From Abditibacteriaceae bacterium (GTDB lineage: Bacteria; Armatimonadota; Abditibacteriia; Abditibacteriales; Abditibacteriaceae): a stretch of DNA of 64,000 bases. The DNA lies in assembly GCA_965277285.1 (NCBI GenBank), contig OZ255721.1:2976001-3040000 (forward strand), given 5' to 3'. Of this stretch, positions 19,631 through 32,153 are shown piece by piece; position 1 is the first letter of the stretch, and each line of letters opens with the position of its first letter. The position numbers and the translations under genes are program-made. Below the pieces are notes generated by a model. It was not told the DNA's origin, did not search any database, and saw only the letters and a program-made list of their open reading frames with translations.

Positions 19631-21556
19631 TCAACCACGCGACGCATATTCGCGCTCGAACTTTTTGTCCAGTTCCAGCGTGGAGATTTTAATTAAAATC
19701 GGCTGCCCGTGCGGGCAAATGCTCGGATTGGGAAGTTGCAGCAGATCATCCAACAAATTACACATTTGCGGCATTTGCAACGTGTCGCCCGCTTTAATGG
19801 CGTTTTTACAAGAAAGCATCGTCAGCATGGCGCGGCGTCGTTCCTGCAAAGAGCGGCCTCCGTGACCCGAAACCAGTTCGTCCATCAAATCGGCGAAGGC
19901 GCTTTCATAATCGCGGCTGGCGACCAGAACCGGAACCGCGCGCACTAAAACCGAACTGCCGCCAAACGCTTCGATTTCAAACCCCAAATCCTTCAACAAC
20001 ACGGCGTTTTCTTCCAGCGCCGCCGCCGAACGCGCGCCGACATCGCTGGTAAATGGAATTACCAAACGCTGCGATTCCACCGGACGACCTTCCGCCGCCG
20101 CAATCGCTTTATCAGCCAGAATGCGTTCGTGCGCGCGATGTTGGCAAACGATATATAAACCGTCCGAACCTTCGCACAAAATATAAGCGTTGTTGGAAAT
20201 CTGCGCCAGCGGCTTCAATGAAATGTGATGTTCTGCTTCTTCAACCGGCGGCGCGAAATCAGCGAATGCGCCTTGCATAGCCGCAGGCTGCAAACTTGGA
20301 TTCGAGTACTCGAAAGGCGATGTGTTACGCATATTTTGCTGCGTCGAACGAAACGCTTCCAAATCGCCGCCGCGCGCCACCATCGGCTGATGAAAGCCAT
20401 TAAAATCCGGCGGAATCGTTGAATTGGGCATCATTCCCGTACTTGATTGCGCATCAGATGTAGGCGCGCTTCCTGCCTCCTGCGGCTGCCAATTGTTTCC
20501 TGAAGAAAGTCCCCAAGACGGCGCGAGTTGCGAGGCGACCAGAGTTTCGCGCAAGGCGACGCGAACCGCGTGATGCACTTCCCATTCGCGCGCGAAACGC
20601 ACTTCGCTTTTGGCCGGATGCACGTTGACATCGACCGCGCCAGGCGGCATCTGCAAGAACACGACGGCAACGGGAAAACGGTCGCGCCCGTGAATCAAGC
20701 CTTCGTAAGCGGCTTGAACCGCGTGCTGCATCGAGCGATTTTTGATGACGCGACCGTTGACGAAAAATAATTGCAAATTGCGATTGGAACGCGTCAATTG
20801 CGGGCGCCCCACGAAACCCGTGACGCGCATTTCGTTGTCGTTACTCGAGTTTCCAGTACTCGATTCGCTGGCAGCGGCAATCGGCAACATTTGGCGCGCC
20901 ATATCGCGTCCCAGAACGCTGACGACAGCGTTCAACGGGTTACCTTCGCCAATCGCATCAGCGCGCAGCAAATCGTGATTGTTGTGTCGCAATCGAAACG
21001 AAACGTGAGGATAAGCCAGCGCCAGATGCCCGATCATTTCGGAAATGCGCGCCGCTTCCGCTGCATCGCTTTTCAAAAACTTGAAGCGCGCGGGCGTGTT
21101 GAAAAACAAGTGCTCGACAATGATTTCCGTGCCTTGAGGCGCCGCGCATTCGCTGACATCGAGCACCACGCCGCCTTCGACCAGAACGCGCGTCGCGGCT
21201 TCGCTTTGTGGCTCGCGCGTCGTCATTCCAAAACGCGACACGGCGGCAATCGACGGAAGGGCTTCACCGCGAAAACCCAGCGTGCGGATTTGAAACAAGT
21301 CGTCCGGTGTTTGCAGCTTGCTCGTTGCATGACGTTGCAAACTGAGAATTGCGTCTTCGGCGGGCATTCCGGTTCCGTCATCGCGCACGCGGATGAGTTT
21401 TTTGCCGCCGTCTTCGATTTCGATGTCGATGCGCCGCGCTCCGGCATCGAGCGCGTTTTCGACCAGTTCCTTGACCGCGTTGGCCGGACGCTCGATGACT
21501 TCACCCGCCGCGATGCGGTTGGCGATGTCGGGCGAAAGTTTGTGAACTCGGGACAT
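19631..21556 (-). CDS. mutL: DNA mismatch repair protein MutL
   Basis: IAAGEVIERP..KELVENALDAGA, GFRGEAL, DVNVHPAK, CQHRAHER, SCK, CPHGQP. Start MSRVH at 21556. Confidence 0.97.
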   Translation of the reverse strand: MSRVHKLSPDIANRIAAGEVIERPANAVKELVENALDAGARRIDIEIEDGGKKLIRVRDDGTGMPAEDAILSLQRHATSKLQTPDDLFQIRTLGFRGEALPSIAAVSRFGMTTREPQSEAATRVLVEGGVVLDVSECAAPQGTEIIVEHLFFNTPARFKFLKSDAAEAARISEMIGHLALAYPHVSFRLRHNNHDLLRADAIGEGNPLNAVVSVLGRDMARQMLPIAAASESSTGNSSNDNEMRVTGFVGRPQLTRSNRNLQLFFVNGRVIKNRSMQHAVQAAYEGLIHGRDRFPVAVVFLQMPPGAVDVNVHPAKSEVRFAREWEVHHAVRVALRETLVASQLAPSWGLSSGNNWQPQEAGSAPTSDAQSSTGMMPNSTIPPDFNGFHQPMVARGGDLEAFRSTQQNMRNTSPFEYSNPSLQPAAMQGAFADFAPPVEEAEHHISLKPLAQISNNAYILCEGSDGLYIVCQHRAHERILADKAIAAAEGRPVESQRLVIPFTSDVGARSAAALEENAVLLKDLGFEIEAFGGSSVLVRAVPVLVASRDYESAFADLMDELVSGHGGRSLQERRRAMLTMLSCKNAIKAGDTLQMPQMCNLLDDLLQLPNPSICPHGQPILIKISTLELDKKFEREYASRG

Positions 21557-21673
21557 ATCAGTTGGCAGACGGCAGCGGCAGGAAGCAGTCGGTTTGACGT
21601 TGCGCAAGTGCGATGTTAGTTTATCAGGCAAGTCAGGTTTAGAATTGATTTTCGGACGGATCACCAGACGAAC

Positions 21674-21753
21674 GCAGGGGCTTGGCACGCAAAGCCCGAG
21701 ATGCAAAACCGACGCAGGCTTACGACACGGGCTTGGCAGCGCCAAGCCCCTAC
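21674..21753. repeat. GTAG-type REP pair (family E)
   Basis: GGGGCTTGGCACGCAAAGCCC ... GGGCTTGGCAGCGCCAAGCCCCTAC. Confidence 0.65.
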
Positions 21754-21794
21754 GTTGTGCCGCTTGGCGTTGCCAACTGATAAACTCGGGCGTT

Positions 21795-23793
<1,999 letters not shown>

Positions 23794-23801
23794 AAGAGCT
23801 G

Positions 23802-23845
23802 AAACAAAAGGCGCGCATCAAGTACTCGATGCGCGCTTTTTGTTT
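23802..23845. terminator. Bidirectional terminator whose apex is a palindrome variant
   Basis: AAACAAAAGGCGCGCA-TCAAGTACTCGA-TGCGCGCTTTTTGTTT between convergent genes. Confidence 0.75.
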
Positions 23846-23855
23846 TAAGTAAGGT

Positions 23856-25313
23856 TTACTTTTTGCCGGTATAAGCGACGCGCCAGATGACGTTGTTGCC
23901 GTCTTCGGAGACTAAGAGCGAACCGTCTTTGGCGACCGTGATGCCAACGGGACGACCCCACACATCGCCGTCATCGGTGACGAAGCCGGTCAGGAAATCT
24001 TCGTATTCGCCAGTCGCTTTGCCGTTTTTCATCGGCACGCGAATCACTTTGTAACCGGTGCGATGACTGCGGTTCCAGCTTCCGTGTTCGGCGGCGAAAG
24101 CGTCCATGCGATATTCTTTGGGAAACTGCTTGCCCGTATAAAACGCCATTTGCAGCGAAGCGGAATGCGATTGCAGCAACACGTCGGGCACAATCGTTTG
24201 CGCGCCCAATTCGGGATGTTCGCCCTGGTGACGCGGGTCCTGGTGGTTGCCCGTATAGAAATAGGGCCAGCCGTAAAAACCGCCGTCTTTGACGCTGGTG
24301 ATGTAATCAGGCACGAGATGATCGCCCAAACCGTCGCGTTCGTTGACCGAAACCCACACTTGTCCGGTTTGAGGATGAATCGTCACGCCGACAGGATTGC
24401 GAATGCCGCTGGCGAAAGTTCGTTGATCTGTGCGTCGGCCTTGCGCATCCAACGAGTACTCGAAAACGCGGGCACGACGGTTTTCGTCGGGATCGTGGTT
24501 TTCATCGACGTTGGAGCGCGAGCCGATGGAAAGATACATCTTGCGATTGTCGAGCGAAAAAACGATGTCGCGCGTCCAATGTCCGCCGCCGGGCAAGCGT
24601 CCACCGGGTGAAACATCGCCAATGATTTCTTCGCTTGCGCCACGCGCTTTCAGATCGCCGTCGCGATAAGGAAAACGCACGACCGAATCGGTGTTGGCGA
24701 TGTAAACCCATTGCGGATTGGCGCCATTGGGATAAAACGCGATACCGAAAGGCTGGCGCAAACCGTCCGCGAAAATTTCGCTTTGTTGCACCTTGCCCGA
24801 ATTATTCGCATCGCGCAGAACACGAATACGATTGGCGCCGCTTTCCGCCAGAAAAATATCGCCGTTGGGCGCGGTTGTCATCAAGCGTGGATTGCTCAAA
24901 CCCGTTGCAAACTGAGTGACCGTGAAACCAGCGGGCGCTTTAGGCCAGGCGCCATCGGGTCGATCTACGGTTCGCGGCCCGTTGTTAGCGGAATTTGTGG
25001 CATACGGCGCTGGCAAATCGTTCACCGTGAGGTGGCGTCGCACGCCGGGCGCGTCAGTCGTCCAATCGCCTTTGGCCGCATCGCCCGTCAAAACGCGAGA
25101 ACTGATGCGCGCGTTAGTTTGCGTTTGCGCCTTGAAAGCGGACGGCGTTGCTGCCGATTGTGTCGCAACTGGCGTCGCGGGCGGCGTTGCAACCGGTTCC
25201 AGCGTGGACGGCGAAGAATTGGCGGCACACGCGCTGAGCAGAACGCCCGCGCTCAATGATGCGGCGGCCACTACAAAAAGAGATGAGGTGCTCGAAATAC
25301 GAAAGTGTTTCAT
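23856..25313 (-). CDS. Sorbosone/PQQ-dependent sugar dehydrogenase family lipoprotein
   Basis: LSAC lipobox, GHWTR, GIRNPVG, VNERDGLG, YGWPY, HGSWNR, GRPVG. Confidence 0.9.
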   Translation of the reverse strand: MKHFRISSTSSLFVVAAASLSAGVLLSACAANSSPSTLEPVATPPATPVATQSAATPSAFKAQTQTNARISSRVLTGDAAKGDWTTDAPGVRRHLTVNDLPAPYATNSANNGPRTVDRPDGAWPKAPAGFTVTQFATGLSNPRLMTTAPNGDIFLAESGANRIRVLRDANNSGKVQQSEIFADGLRQPFGIAFYPNGANPQWVYIANTDSVVRFPYRDGDLKARGASEEIIGDVSPGGRLPGGGHWTRDIVFSLDNRKMYLSIGSRSNVDENHDPDENRRARVFEYSLDAQGRRTDQRTFASGIRNPVGVTIHPQTGQVWVSVNERDGLGDHLVPDYITSVKDGGFYGWPYFYTGNHQDPRHQGEHPELGAQTIVPDVLLQSHSASLQMAFYTGKQFPKEYRMDAFAAEHGSWNRSHRTGYKVIRVPMKNGKATGEYEDFLTGFVTDDGDVWGRPVGITVAKDGSLLVSEDGNNVIWRVAYTGKK

Positions 25314-25369
25314 AAGAATTTACAAGGAAAATGATGAATGCGGAAGGATGAATTGAATCGGACTATCAC

Positions 25370-25439
25370 TTTGTCATTCTGAGCGCAGCAAAGAATCTAT
25401 ATGTGAAGTTAGATTCTTCGTTTCACTCAGAATGACAAA
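25370..25439. repeat. REP-like palindrome family A
   Basis: TTTGTCATTCTGAGCGCAGCAAAGAATCTA...TAGATTCTTCGTTTCACTCAGAATGACAAA. Confidence 0.85.
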
Positions 25440-25503
25440 CTCTTACTTTATGGCAAGGATTGTTACTTTTGAGTACTTGATATTCCGCATTCATCTTTTC
25501 GTT

Positions 25504-26472
25504 CTACCACGCGTAGCCTTCGGGCGCGGGCTTGTGGCCAGGGAAAAGTTCGTCCAGCTTTTTCAATGTCTCGTCCGACAACTTGATTTCGACGGCGCGC
25601 AGCGAACCATCCAATTGTTCTTGCGTGCGCGGCCCGATAATCGGCGCCGTCACGACGGGGTTGTGCAGGAGCCACGAAAGCGCGACATTGGCGGGTTCTT
25701 CGCCCAGTTCGCGGCAAAGGTCTTCATACGATTGAAGTTTGTCGCGGTTCGCTTCAATGCGCTTTTGCATATCTTCGCCGGCGCGACGGCCTTCGCTGGC
25801 TTTTTGTAGGACGCCGCCCAGCAAGCCGCCGCCCAGAGGACTCCACGGAATCAGGCCCAGGCCGTATTTTTCGCAAGCCGGAATCAGGTCGAGTTCGACT
25901 TTGCGCGCGTCCAGGTTATACAAACTTTGTTCGCAAACCAAGCCGAGAAAATGACGATGTTTGGCGATTTCGTTCGCCTGCGCGATATGCCAACCAGCGA
26001 AGTTGGAGCTTCCAACGTACAGCACTTTGCCTTGAGCGACCAACAATTCCATCGCCTGCCAGACTTCTTCCCACGGCGCATCGCGCCAGATATGGTGCAT
26101 TTGATAAAGGTCGATGTAATCGGTTTGCAAGCGCTTCAAAGAGGCTTCGCAGGCGCGGCGAATGTGCAATGCCGACAATCTCGTTTCGTTGGGCCAGTCG
26201 CCCATGTCGTTATAAACTTTGGTCGCAATCACGGTTTTGTCGCGGCGCCTGTCACCTTTGGCGAACCAGCGACCAACGATTTGCTCGGTGATGCCTTCGC
26301 CTTTTTTGCCGCCGTAAACATCCGCCGTGTCGAAAAAGTTGATGCCGTGTTCGTGCGCCCTGTCCATAATCGCGTGCGAATCGTCTTCGCTGGTTTGCGG
26401 CCCAAAGTTCATCGTGCCCAGACAAAGGCGGCTCACTTTCAAGCCGGTGCGTCCCAAATGTGTGTATTCCAT
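25504..26472 (-). CDS. Aldo/keto reductase
   Basis: LGRTGLKVSRLCLGTMNFG, FDTADVY, SLKRLQTDYIDLYQ, PWSPLGGG. An AAGGAG RBS precedes 26472. Confidence 0.95.
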   Translation of the reverse strand: MEYTHLGRTGLKVSRLCLGTMNFGPQTSEDDSHAIMDRAHEHGINFFDTADVYGGKKGEGITEQIVGRWFAKGDRRRDKTVIATKVYNDMGDWPNETRLSALHIRRACEASLKRLQTDYIDLYQMHHIWRDAPWEEVWQAMELLVAQGKVLYVGSSNFAGWHIAQANEIAKHRHFLGLVCEQSLYNLDARKVELDLIPACEKYGLGLIPWSPLGGGLLGGVLQKASEGRRAGEDMQKRIEANRDKLQSYEDLCRELGEEPANVALSWLLHNPVVTAPIIGPRTQEQLDGSLRAVEIKLSDETLKKLDELFPGHKPAPEGYAW

Positions 26473-26519
26473 CCGAAAATCTCCTTTCGAGTACTCGATT
26501 TCAGTATTCGAGTTTTGCA

Positions 26520-27248
26520 TCAATTGTTCGCGTCATTTTGCGCATTGTCCGCATTGTCCATTTCCACAAAGGCGCGTTGTGCAACTTCGCGCGCCGTGTT
26601 ATCGGGCAAGGCAGCGGCCAGATTTCGCAGTTGGCTCGTGGCGGTTTGCGCTTCGTTCCACGACATTTTGAAGCTGCGTTGTGCGTCAACCGTGCTGCCT
26701 CCATCATAACTTTTGATATGCGCGTTCTTGAGTTGCGCAAGTTCGTGTTGAGTTCGCGCCAACAAAATGCTTGCTCTACGACGCGCGTAGGCGTTTTGAC
26801 GCGGCTGCTTCATCGCGGCGATAATTCCCGCCATTTCATCTTCGCGGTCGGCATAAGCGCCCACTGACATCAGTTTCCACATCGTGCCGCCGCCGGCCTG
26901 GATTTCGGTCATGCTCCAGGCTGCGTCCCCCAATTGACCCAAGTCGTCACGAATCGAAACGATCTGCTGACGACGAGCCGCACTTAAAAAGCGGGCGTGC
27001 GCATCGTTGTCGATTTGTTTCGACTGCGCGTAATAGCTGTAGCCTGCCATTTGGCCTTGCGTCGACTCGGCGTGCGTTTTCGCGGAATAGATTTCAATGA
27101 ACTTGTTCTGCCCCAATCGCACGACTTGCGCGACTGGCATCGAAAATCCACTTTCCGTCGGTTCAACCGCCTTTGGAGCCTTTGGAGCCGCTTGCGCCAC
27201 CTGAAAACACAACAGCGACAAACCCAGCAAAACACGCGCAATTTTCAT
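26520..27248 (-). CDS. Hypothetical secreted helical protein
   Basis: Signal peptide (AQA) and AGGAG RBS. Confidence 0.7.
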   Translation of the reverse strand: MKIARVLLGLSLLCFQVAQAAPKAPKAVEPTESGFSMPVAQVVRLGQNKFIEIYSAKTHAESTQGQMAGYSYYAQSKQIDNDAHARFLSAARRQQIVSIRDDLGQLGDAAWSMTEIQAGGGTMWKLMSVGAYADREDEMAGIIAAMKQPRQNAYARRRASILLARTQHELAQLKNAHIKSYDGGSTVDAQRSFKMSWNEAQTATSQLRNLAAALPDNTAREVAQRAFVEMDNADNAQNDANN

Positions 27249-27452
27249 AACTTTCTCCTGTCATTCAAACATTAAACGCACAATTTGGACCAATCGCGCG
27301 CGGTTAGTTATATGCCTCAATAACTTCGGGTCGCTAATCGAGTACTCGAAATGAGCAGCGCGACAAGAACGCGAATTGAAAAGGTTGGGCGCGGTCGGTT
27401 GGCATAAACTTGCTGTGGAACGCATTTTACTTTGTTTTCGTTGAGGTTTCCC

Positions 27453-28937
27453 GTGAACTCACTTTTTGGAATTGAAACCGAATACGGCATCACCGTTGAA
27501 GGCGCCGACGCCTCGGCTTTGGTCGCCGAATCGCGCGAAGTTGTCAAGCATTATCGCGGGCGAATGGTGGCGCCGTGGAACTATCGTGCCGAAGATTCGC
27601 GCGCCGACATGCGCGGTTTTCGCGCCGAGAAACTGACGCAGGACGCGACCGACGCGCAGTTCGACCGACCTGGCGACCGCGCCCTTTCGCAAACCGAAGA
27701 CCGCTGCGATCGAGTACTCGAAAACGGCGCCCGACTTTACAACGATCATGGGCATCCCGAATATTCAACGCCCGAATGCAACAACCTGCGCGACCTCGTG
27801 GCGCACGACAAAGCCGGAGAACGCATCGTTCTGCAATGCGCCAAAGCGCGTCAGCAACAGATCGGGAAAAGCGTCGAAATCTGGAAGAACAATTCCGATT
27901 TTCACGGCGCATCTTACGGCACGCACGAAAGTTATCTGATGCGGCGCGACGTTTCATGGGACAACGTTGTCAAAAATCTGGCGCCCTTTCTGGCGACGCG
28001 CATTTTGTATGCGGGCGCAGGAAAAGTCGGTTGCGAGGAAAAAGGCGCCAACGCCACTTATCAAATCTCGCAGCGCGCCGATTTTTTCAATGTCTTGCAA
28101 AGCGTCGATACGCTGGCGAATCGGCCTTTGATCAACACGCGCGATGAAGCACACGGCGACGCGCGCAAGTTTCGGCGTTTGCACGTCATTGCGGGCGATG
28201 CCAACATGAGCGAATACGCGACGGCTTTGCGCATCGGCGTCACCAATTTGGTCGTTGCGCTGATTGAAAGCGGCTGGCAAACGCCGTTGCTATTGCGCGA
28301 TCCGGTTCGCGCCATCAAGCAGATTTCGCGCGACGAAACTTTCAAATGGATTATCGATGGCGAACGCGGAACAGTGGGCGCAATCGAAGTGCAGCGCGCC
28401 TTTTTGAAAGGCTGCCAAGCGTTAGGTTTGCCCAACAGCGATTGGGTTTGCGAAGAATGGAATCGAGTACTCGATGCGCTGGAAAGCGATCCGTTCAGCT
28501 TGGCCGATTCGCTCGATTGGGTGGCCAAAAAGAGCTTGCTTGACCAGTTTGTCGAAGCTGAAGAACTCAATTGGAAAGACGACGTGTTGACGTTGCAAAG
28601 CCTCGATTTGGCGTATCACAACGTCGATCACGACGAAGGTTTATATTACGGACTGGTCGAAGCGGGCGCGATGCAAACCGTCGTCGAAGAAAGTGAAATC
28701 GAGCGCGCTTTGTGCGAGCCGCCAAAAAACACGCGCGCCAGTTTGCGCGGCCTTATTGTGCGCCGTTTCGGTGATAAAATTATCAGCGCGTCGTGGGGCG
28801 GTTTCGCCTACAAAGACGGCGACGACGAAGGGTTGATTGGCTTGCCGGAAGATTATTCCGATTATCAGGCGTTGTGCGCGCGATTAGAAAACTGCGAAAA
28901 CCTGCGCGAAGTCGCGGCCATTTTGAATGTGCCTTGA
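27453..28937 (+). CDS. dop: Depupylase/deamidase Dop-like (PafA family)
   Basis: GIETEYGI, Dop-loop-like WNY..EDSRADMRGF, NGARLYNDHGHPEYSTPEC, KNNSD..GASYGTHE, RRLHVIAGDANMSE. Confidence 0.9.
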   Translation: MNSLFGIETEYGITVEGADASALVAESREVVKHYRGRMVAPWNYRAEDSRADMRGFRAEKLTQDATDAQFDRPGDRALSQTEDRCDRVLENGARLYNDHGHPEYSTPECNNLRDLVAHDKAGERIVLQCAKARQQQIGKSVEIWKNNSDFHGASYGTHESYLMRRDVSWDNVVKNLAPFLATRILYAGAGKVGCEEKGANATYQISQRADFFNVLQSVDTLANRPLINTRDEAHGDARKFRRLHVIAGDANMSEYATALRIGVTNLVVALIESGWQTPLLLRDPVRAIKQISRDETFKWIIDGERGTVGAIEVQRAFLKGCQALGLPNSDWVCEEWNRVLDALESDPFSLADSLDWVAKKSLLDQFVEAEELNWKDDVLTLQSLDLAYHNVDHDEGLYYGLVEAGAMQTVVEESEIERALCEPPKNTRASLRGLIVRRFGDKIISASWGGFAYKDGDDEGLIGLPEDYSDYQALCARLENCENLREVAAILNVP

Positions 28938-28951
28938 GCGAGTGATAAAGA

Positions 28952-29039
28952 AACGAACCCCGAGCGTAAGCGACGGGCTTAACGCAATAGTCACATCAAA
29001 TTCTTGCGTTGAGCCCGTCGCTTACGCTCGGGGTTCGTT
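28952..29039. repeat. REP-like palindrome family B
   Basis: AACGAACCCCGAGCGTAAGCGACGGGCT followed by its reverse complement. Confidence 0.9.
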
Positions 29040-29236
29040 GGAGCAACGCGCGCACATTGCCAGAAGATTGTGGTTGTCGTAAGCGATTGCAACGCGCACG
29101 ATTTCACATTGAAACGCAAAAATGCGAAACTTGGCTTTCGTAGCGCAGTGATGGGCAACCGCGTTCTGTAGTGCGCGTCCAGAAAGCCCAATCGAGTACT
29201 CGAACTGCACATAGCAGTTTGCGAAGGAGATTTCCG

Positions 29237-29428
29237 ATGAACATTTTTCAAGCCGATGAAACGATGCGCCGTCCCGTGCCCGCCGAACCGACGACCAAGC
29301 CGGGCGGCGATGACGGCGGCCCCAGCGCGCCCAAAGTCAAGCGTCCCGATTCGCGCCAACTGCTCGACCGCATGAAGCGCGTCGACCCCGAACAGGCCAA
29401 GCGCTATCGTCAGCGCAGTGGCGAGTAA
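29237..29428 (+). CDS. ubact: Ubiquitin-like protein UBact (Pup analogue)
   Basis: 63-aa disordered protein ending LLDRMKRVDPEQAKRYRQRSGE (R[ST]G[EQ] terminus). It has an AAGGAG RBS and lies between dop and prcB. Confidence 0.9.
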   Translation: MNIFQADETMRRPVPAEPTTKPGGDDGGPSAPKVKRPDSRQLLDRMKRVDPEQAKRYRQRSGE

Positions 29429-29433
29429 TTTTC

Positions 29434-29738
29434 ACCGCGAAGGATCCGCCCAAAGGGCACCCGAGAGTACGAAGGGAAAAGAGTTGTCGTAGAAGTGTGT
29501 CATTCTAAAAGGGTGTATAGGAAAGCGAAAAAGTTACAGAAAACGCTTAAAAACAGCAGTTTGTCATTCTGAGCGCAGCGAAGAATCTAACTGAACATAG
29601 ATTCTTCGCTGCGCTCAGAATGACAAACTCCTATTTTTAAGGCACTTACGGACTTTCTCTACACTCTCTCAGAATGACATGTTCTCAAGTTTCGAGTACT
29701 CGATTTGATTTCTTCGCGCGTTTTGCGTCCTTCGCGGT
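29434..29738. repeat. Nested composite palindrome (families D and A)
   Basis: Outer arms ACCGCGAAGGA / TCCTTCGCGGT, middle arms at about 29497-29525 / 29653-29680, and an inner 32-bp perfect stem 29558-29589 / 29598-29629. Confidence 0.8.
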
Positions 29739-29750
29739 TCAATTCAAAAT

Positions 29751-30590
29751 ATGACATTTCAACCTAACTTTGCCGGAGATTTTTCCAAGATTGTGACGTT
29801 GCAGAACCTTGATTTGCCGCGCGCCGAAGCGCCTTCGGGTGGCGTGTCGAACGTCATTGATACGCATGGCACAACGGTTATCGCTGTGAAATACCGCGAC
29901 GGCGTTTTGAACGTGGCCGACCGCCGCGCGACGGCTGGCATGGGCGTGATGTATGATCGCGCGGAAAAGATTCTGGCGCTCGACGATCACACTTTGATTG
30001 CGATTTCTGGCAGTTTCGCCAAAGCGATTGAAATCGGGCGGTTTTTGCGCCATTCGTTCAAATACTATTCGCGTTCGCAATTGCAGCCGATGAGTTTGGA
30101 AGGCAAATTGGCCGAAATGACGCGCGCGATCTCCAATAACTTGCCGCTGGCAATGCAGGGGATCGGCGCTTTTATTCCGGTTTTGTCGGCCTATGACTTG
30201 GACGCCGATGAAGGTCGCATTTTCTTTTACGACGGTATGGGCGCGCGTTTTGAGAGTTCGGAATTTGGCGCGGCGGGCAGCGGAAGTTCGGCGATTCGCG
30301 GCAGTTTCGATTATATTGTGCGCACCAAAAAGCCGTTCAGCGAAATGGATTTGCAGGAAGCGTTGCGCGAAACCCTGATTTTGCTGGACATCGCGGCGGA
30401 TCTTGATTCGGCGACCGGCGGTTATTCCAAGATTCTTCCCGCTGCCAAAGCCTTGACGCGCGACGGGATTTTGTCGCTGGATGAAGAGCAGATGCGCGAT
30501 GTTTTGCGGCAAATCGACGAAGGTGGAGTACTCAATACGATGCCGCCGGTGCGGACGCGAAGAATTGACGCTGATTCGGAAAAAGTGTAA
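29751..30590 (+). CDS. prcB: 20S proteasome beta subunit
   Basis: Propeptide followed by HG/TTVIA (catalytic Thr1), ADRRAT.G, AAGSGS, DSATGG. Confidence 0.93.
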   Translation: MTFQPNFAGDFSKIVTLQNLDLPRAEAPSGGVSNVIDTHGTTVIAVKYRDGVLNVADRRATAGMGVMYDRAEKILALDDHTLIAISGSFAKAIEIGRFLRHSFKYYSRSQLQPMSLEGKLAEMTRAISNNLPLAMQGIGAFIPVLSAYDLDADEGRIFFYDGMGARFESSEFGAAGSGSSAIRGSFDYIVRTKKPFSEMDLQEALRETLILLDIAADLDSATGGYSKILPAAKALTRDGILSLDEEQMRDVLRQIDEGGVLNTMPPVRTRRIDADSEKV

Positions 30591-30640
30591 ACGTTAAGCC
30601 GTCGGAACAATTGAGTTCGGGCGTTTTCGTTTTTAACTTT

Positions 30641-32134
30641 ATGAATCTCTTACCTTTGTCTGCTCCGCCGCTCTTAAAGCAGCCTGTCTCAAAGCCGCCT
30701 GCGCCGCCTGTCCTCGATCAATCGTTACCTCAATGGCGCGAGGCACTGCAGCACGATATTGCCAATTTTTATGTGCTGGCACAGCGCGAGTGTGGCGATG
30801 TGTTCGAGTTTCGATTGCTGGGAAAGTTAGAGCTGTTTCATGTTTCTCATCCCGACGATTTGGCAGTTGTTTTCAAAGGCTCGAACGAGAGTTTTCGCAA
30901 AGGTCGCCGCTGGGACAATTTTCGCTTGCTGGTCGGACAGGGCTTAATTACCGTCGAGCCGCAACAATGGCTGCAACAACGTCGGAGTTTACAACCAGCC
31001 TTTTTGCGCCGTTATCACGAACACTTCGCCACCCGTATCGAGCAAAGCGTGCAGGAAACTCTGGTGCGTTTTGGCCCGTTGGCACAAAGCGGCGAAACGA
31101 TTCATGTTACAACCGAAATGGCACGCCTGACACTGCGCAACGCCGGACATACGCTTTTCGGAACTGAACTGGGCGATCTGACCGAACCCATCAGCGAACA
31201 CATGGCGGCTGTGCTGGAATACATCGTCTTTTGGCCCATGTATGCCAAACACAAGCGAACGCTGGGTGTTTACCTGCCGCGAACGAAGCATGGACGCTTT
31301 CGTCGCTCCCTTCGTATATTGGAAGAAGCTGCGCAAACTATTATCCGCCGTCGCCAAGAAATCCGCCGCGAGGAAGCCCGCCGCGAAGACCCTGAAGCGG
31401 AATCGGAAGGTGAAAAGCAGGCGCCCGATTTGTTGGATTTGCTGTTGCAGCAGCTGGAAGAAAGCGAAGTGGGACGGGACGTTTTTCAGCGTGCCTCGCC
31501 GCGATTTTTTGAAAAAAGACGGCGCGCTCGCCTGGTGCGTGATCAGATGATGTCGTTTCTTTTCACGGGTCGTGAGACGACTGCAGCAGTTTTGTCGTGG
31601 GTGTGGTTTCTGCTGGCGCAACACCCGGAAGCCGAGGCGCGCCTGCATCAGGAATTGGATCGAGTACTCGATGGGCGGCCACCGGCGCGCGCTGATCTGG
31701 AACATCTGCCTTTCCTTGGTCAGGTAGTGAATGAAACGCTGCGTCTTTATCCGCCGGTGTGGTCGTTCTTGCGTGAAACGACGCGCCCCGAAATTTTCAG
31801 TGGATACGCGCTACCATCTGGTTCGACGCTTCACATTTGTCCTTATTCGATACATCGTCATCCCGATTTTTGGGACGAGCCGGAAAAGTTTGATCCCGAA
31901 CGTTTTACGCCCGAGCGCGAGGCGGCCCGTCATCCTTTCGCGTATGTTCCCTTTGGTGCCGGGCCTCGCCAGTGCATCGGAAAATATACGGCGTTGCTGG
32001 AAGCTCAGTTGATCGTCGCTGGCATCGCGCAGCATTTTGTACTGCGCCCCGTTTCCGGTGTCGAAGTGCGTTCCAACGCCGTCATTTCGTTGTGGCCTTC
32101 GCACAACCTGCCGATGACATTGCATCCTCGATAA
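30641..32134 (+). CDS. Cytochrome P450
   Basis: I-helix TGRETT, ETLRLYPP, FDPERF, heme motif FGAGPRQCIG. Confidence 0.95.
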   Translation: MNLLPLSAPPLLKQPVSKPPAPPVLDQSLPQWREALQHDIANFYVLAQRECGDVFEFRLLGKLELFHVSHPDDLAVVFKGSNESFRKGRRWDNFRLLVGQGLITVEPQQWLQQRRSLQPAFLRRYHEHFATRIEQSVQETLVRFGPLAQSGETIHVTTEMARLTLRNAGHTLFGTELGDLTEPISEHMAAVLEYIVFWPMYAKHKRTLGVYLPRTKHGRFRRSLRILEEAAQTIIRRRQEIRREEARREDPEAESEGEKQAPDLLDLLLQQLEESEVGRDVFQRASPRFFEKRRRARLVRDQMMSFLFTGRETTAAVLSWVWFLLAQHPEAEARLHQELDRVLDGRPPARADLEHLPFLGQVVNETLRLYPPVWSFLRETTRPEIFSGYALPSGSTLHICPYSIHRHPDFWDEPEKFDPERFTPEREAARHPFAYVPFGAGPRQCIGKYTALLEAQLIVAGIAQHFVLRPVSGVEVRSNAVISLWPSHNLPMTLHPR

Positions 32135-32153
32135 GTGTCGCCGCGTTGACGAG

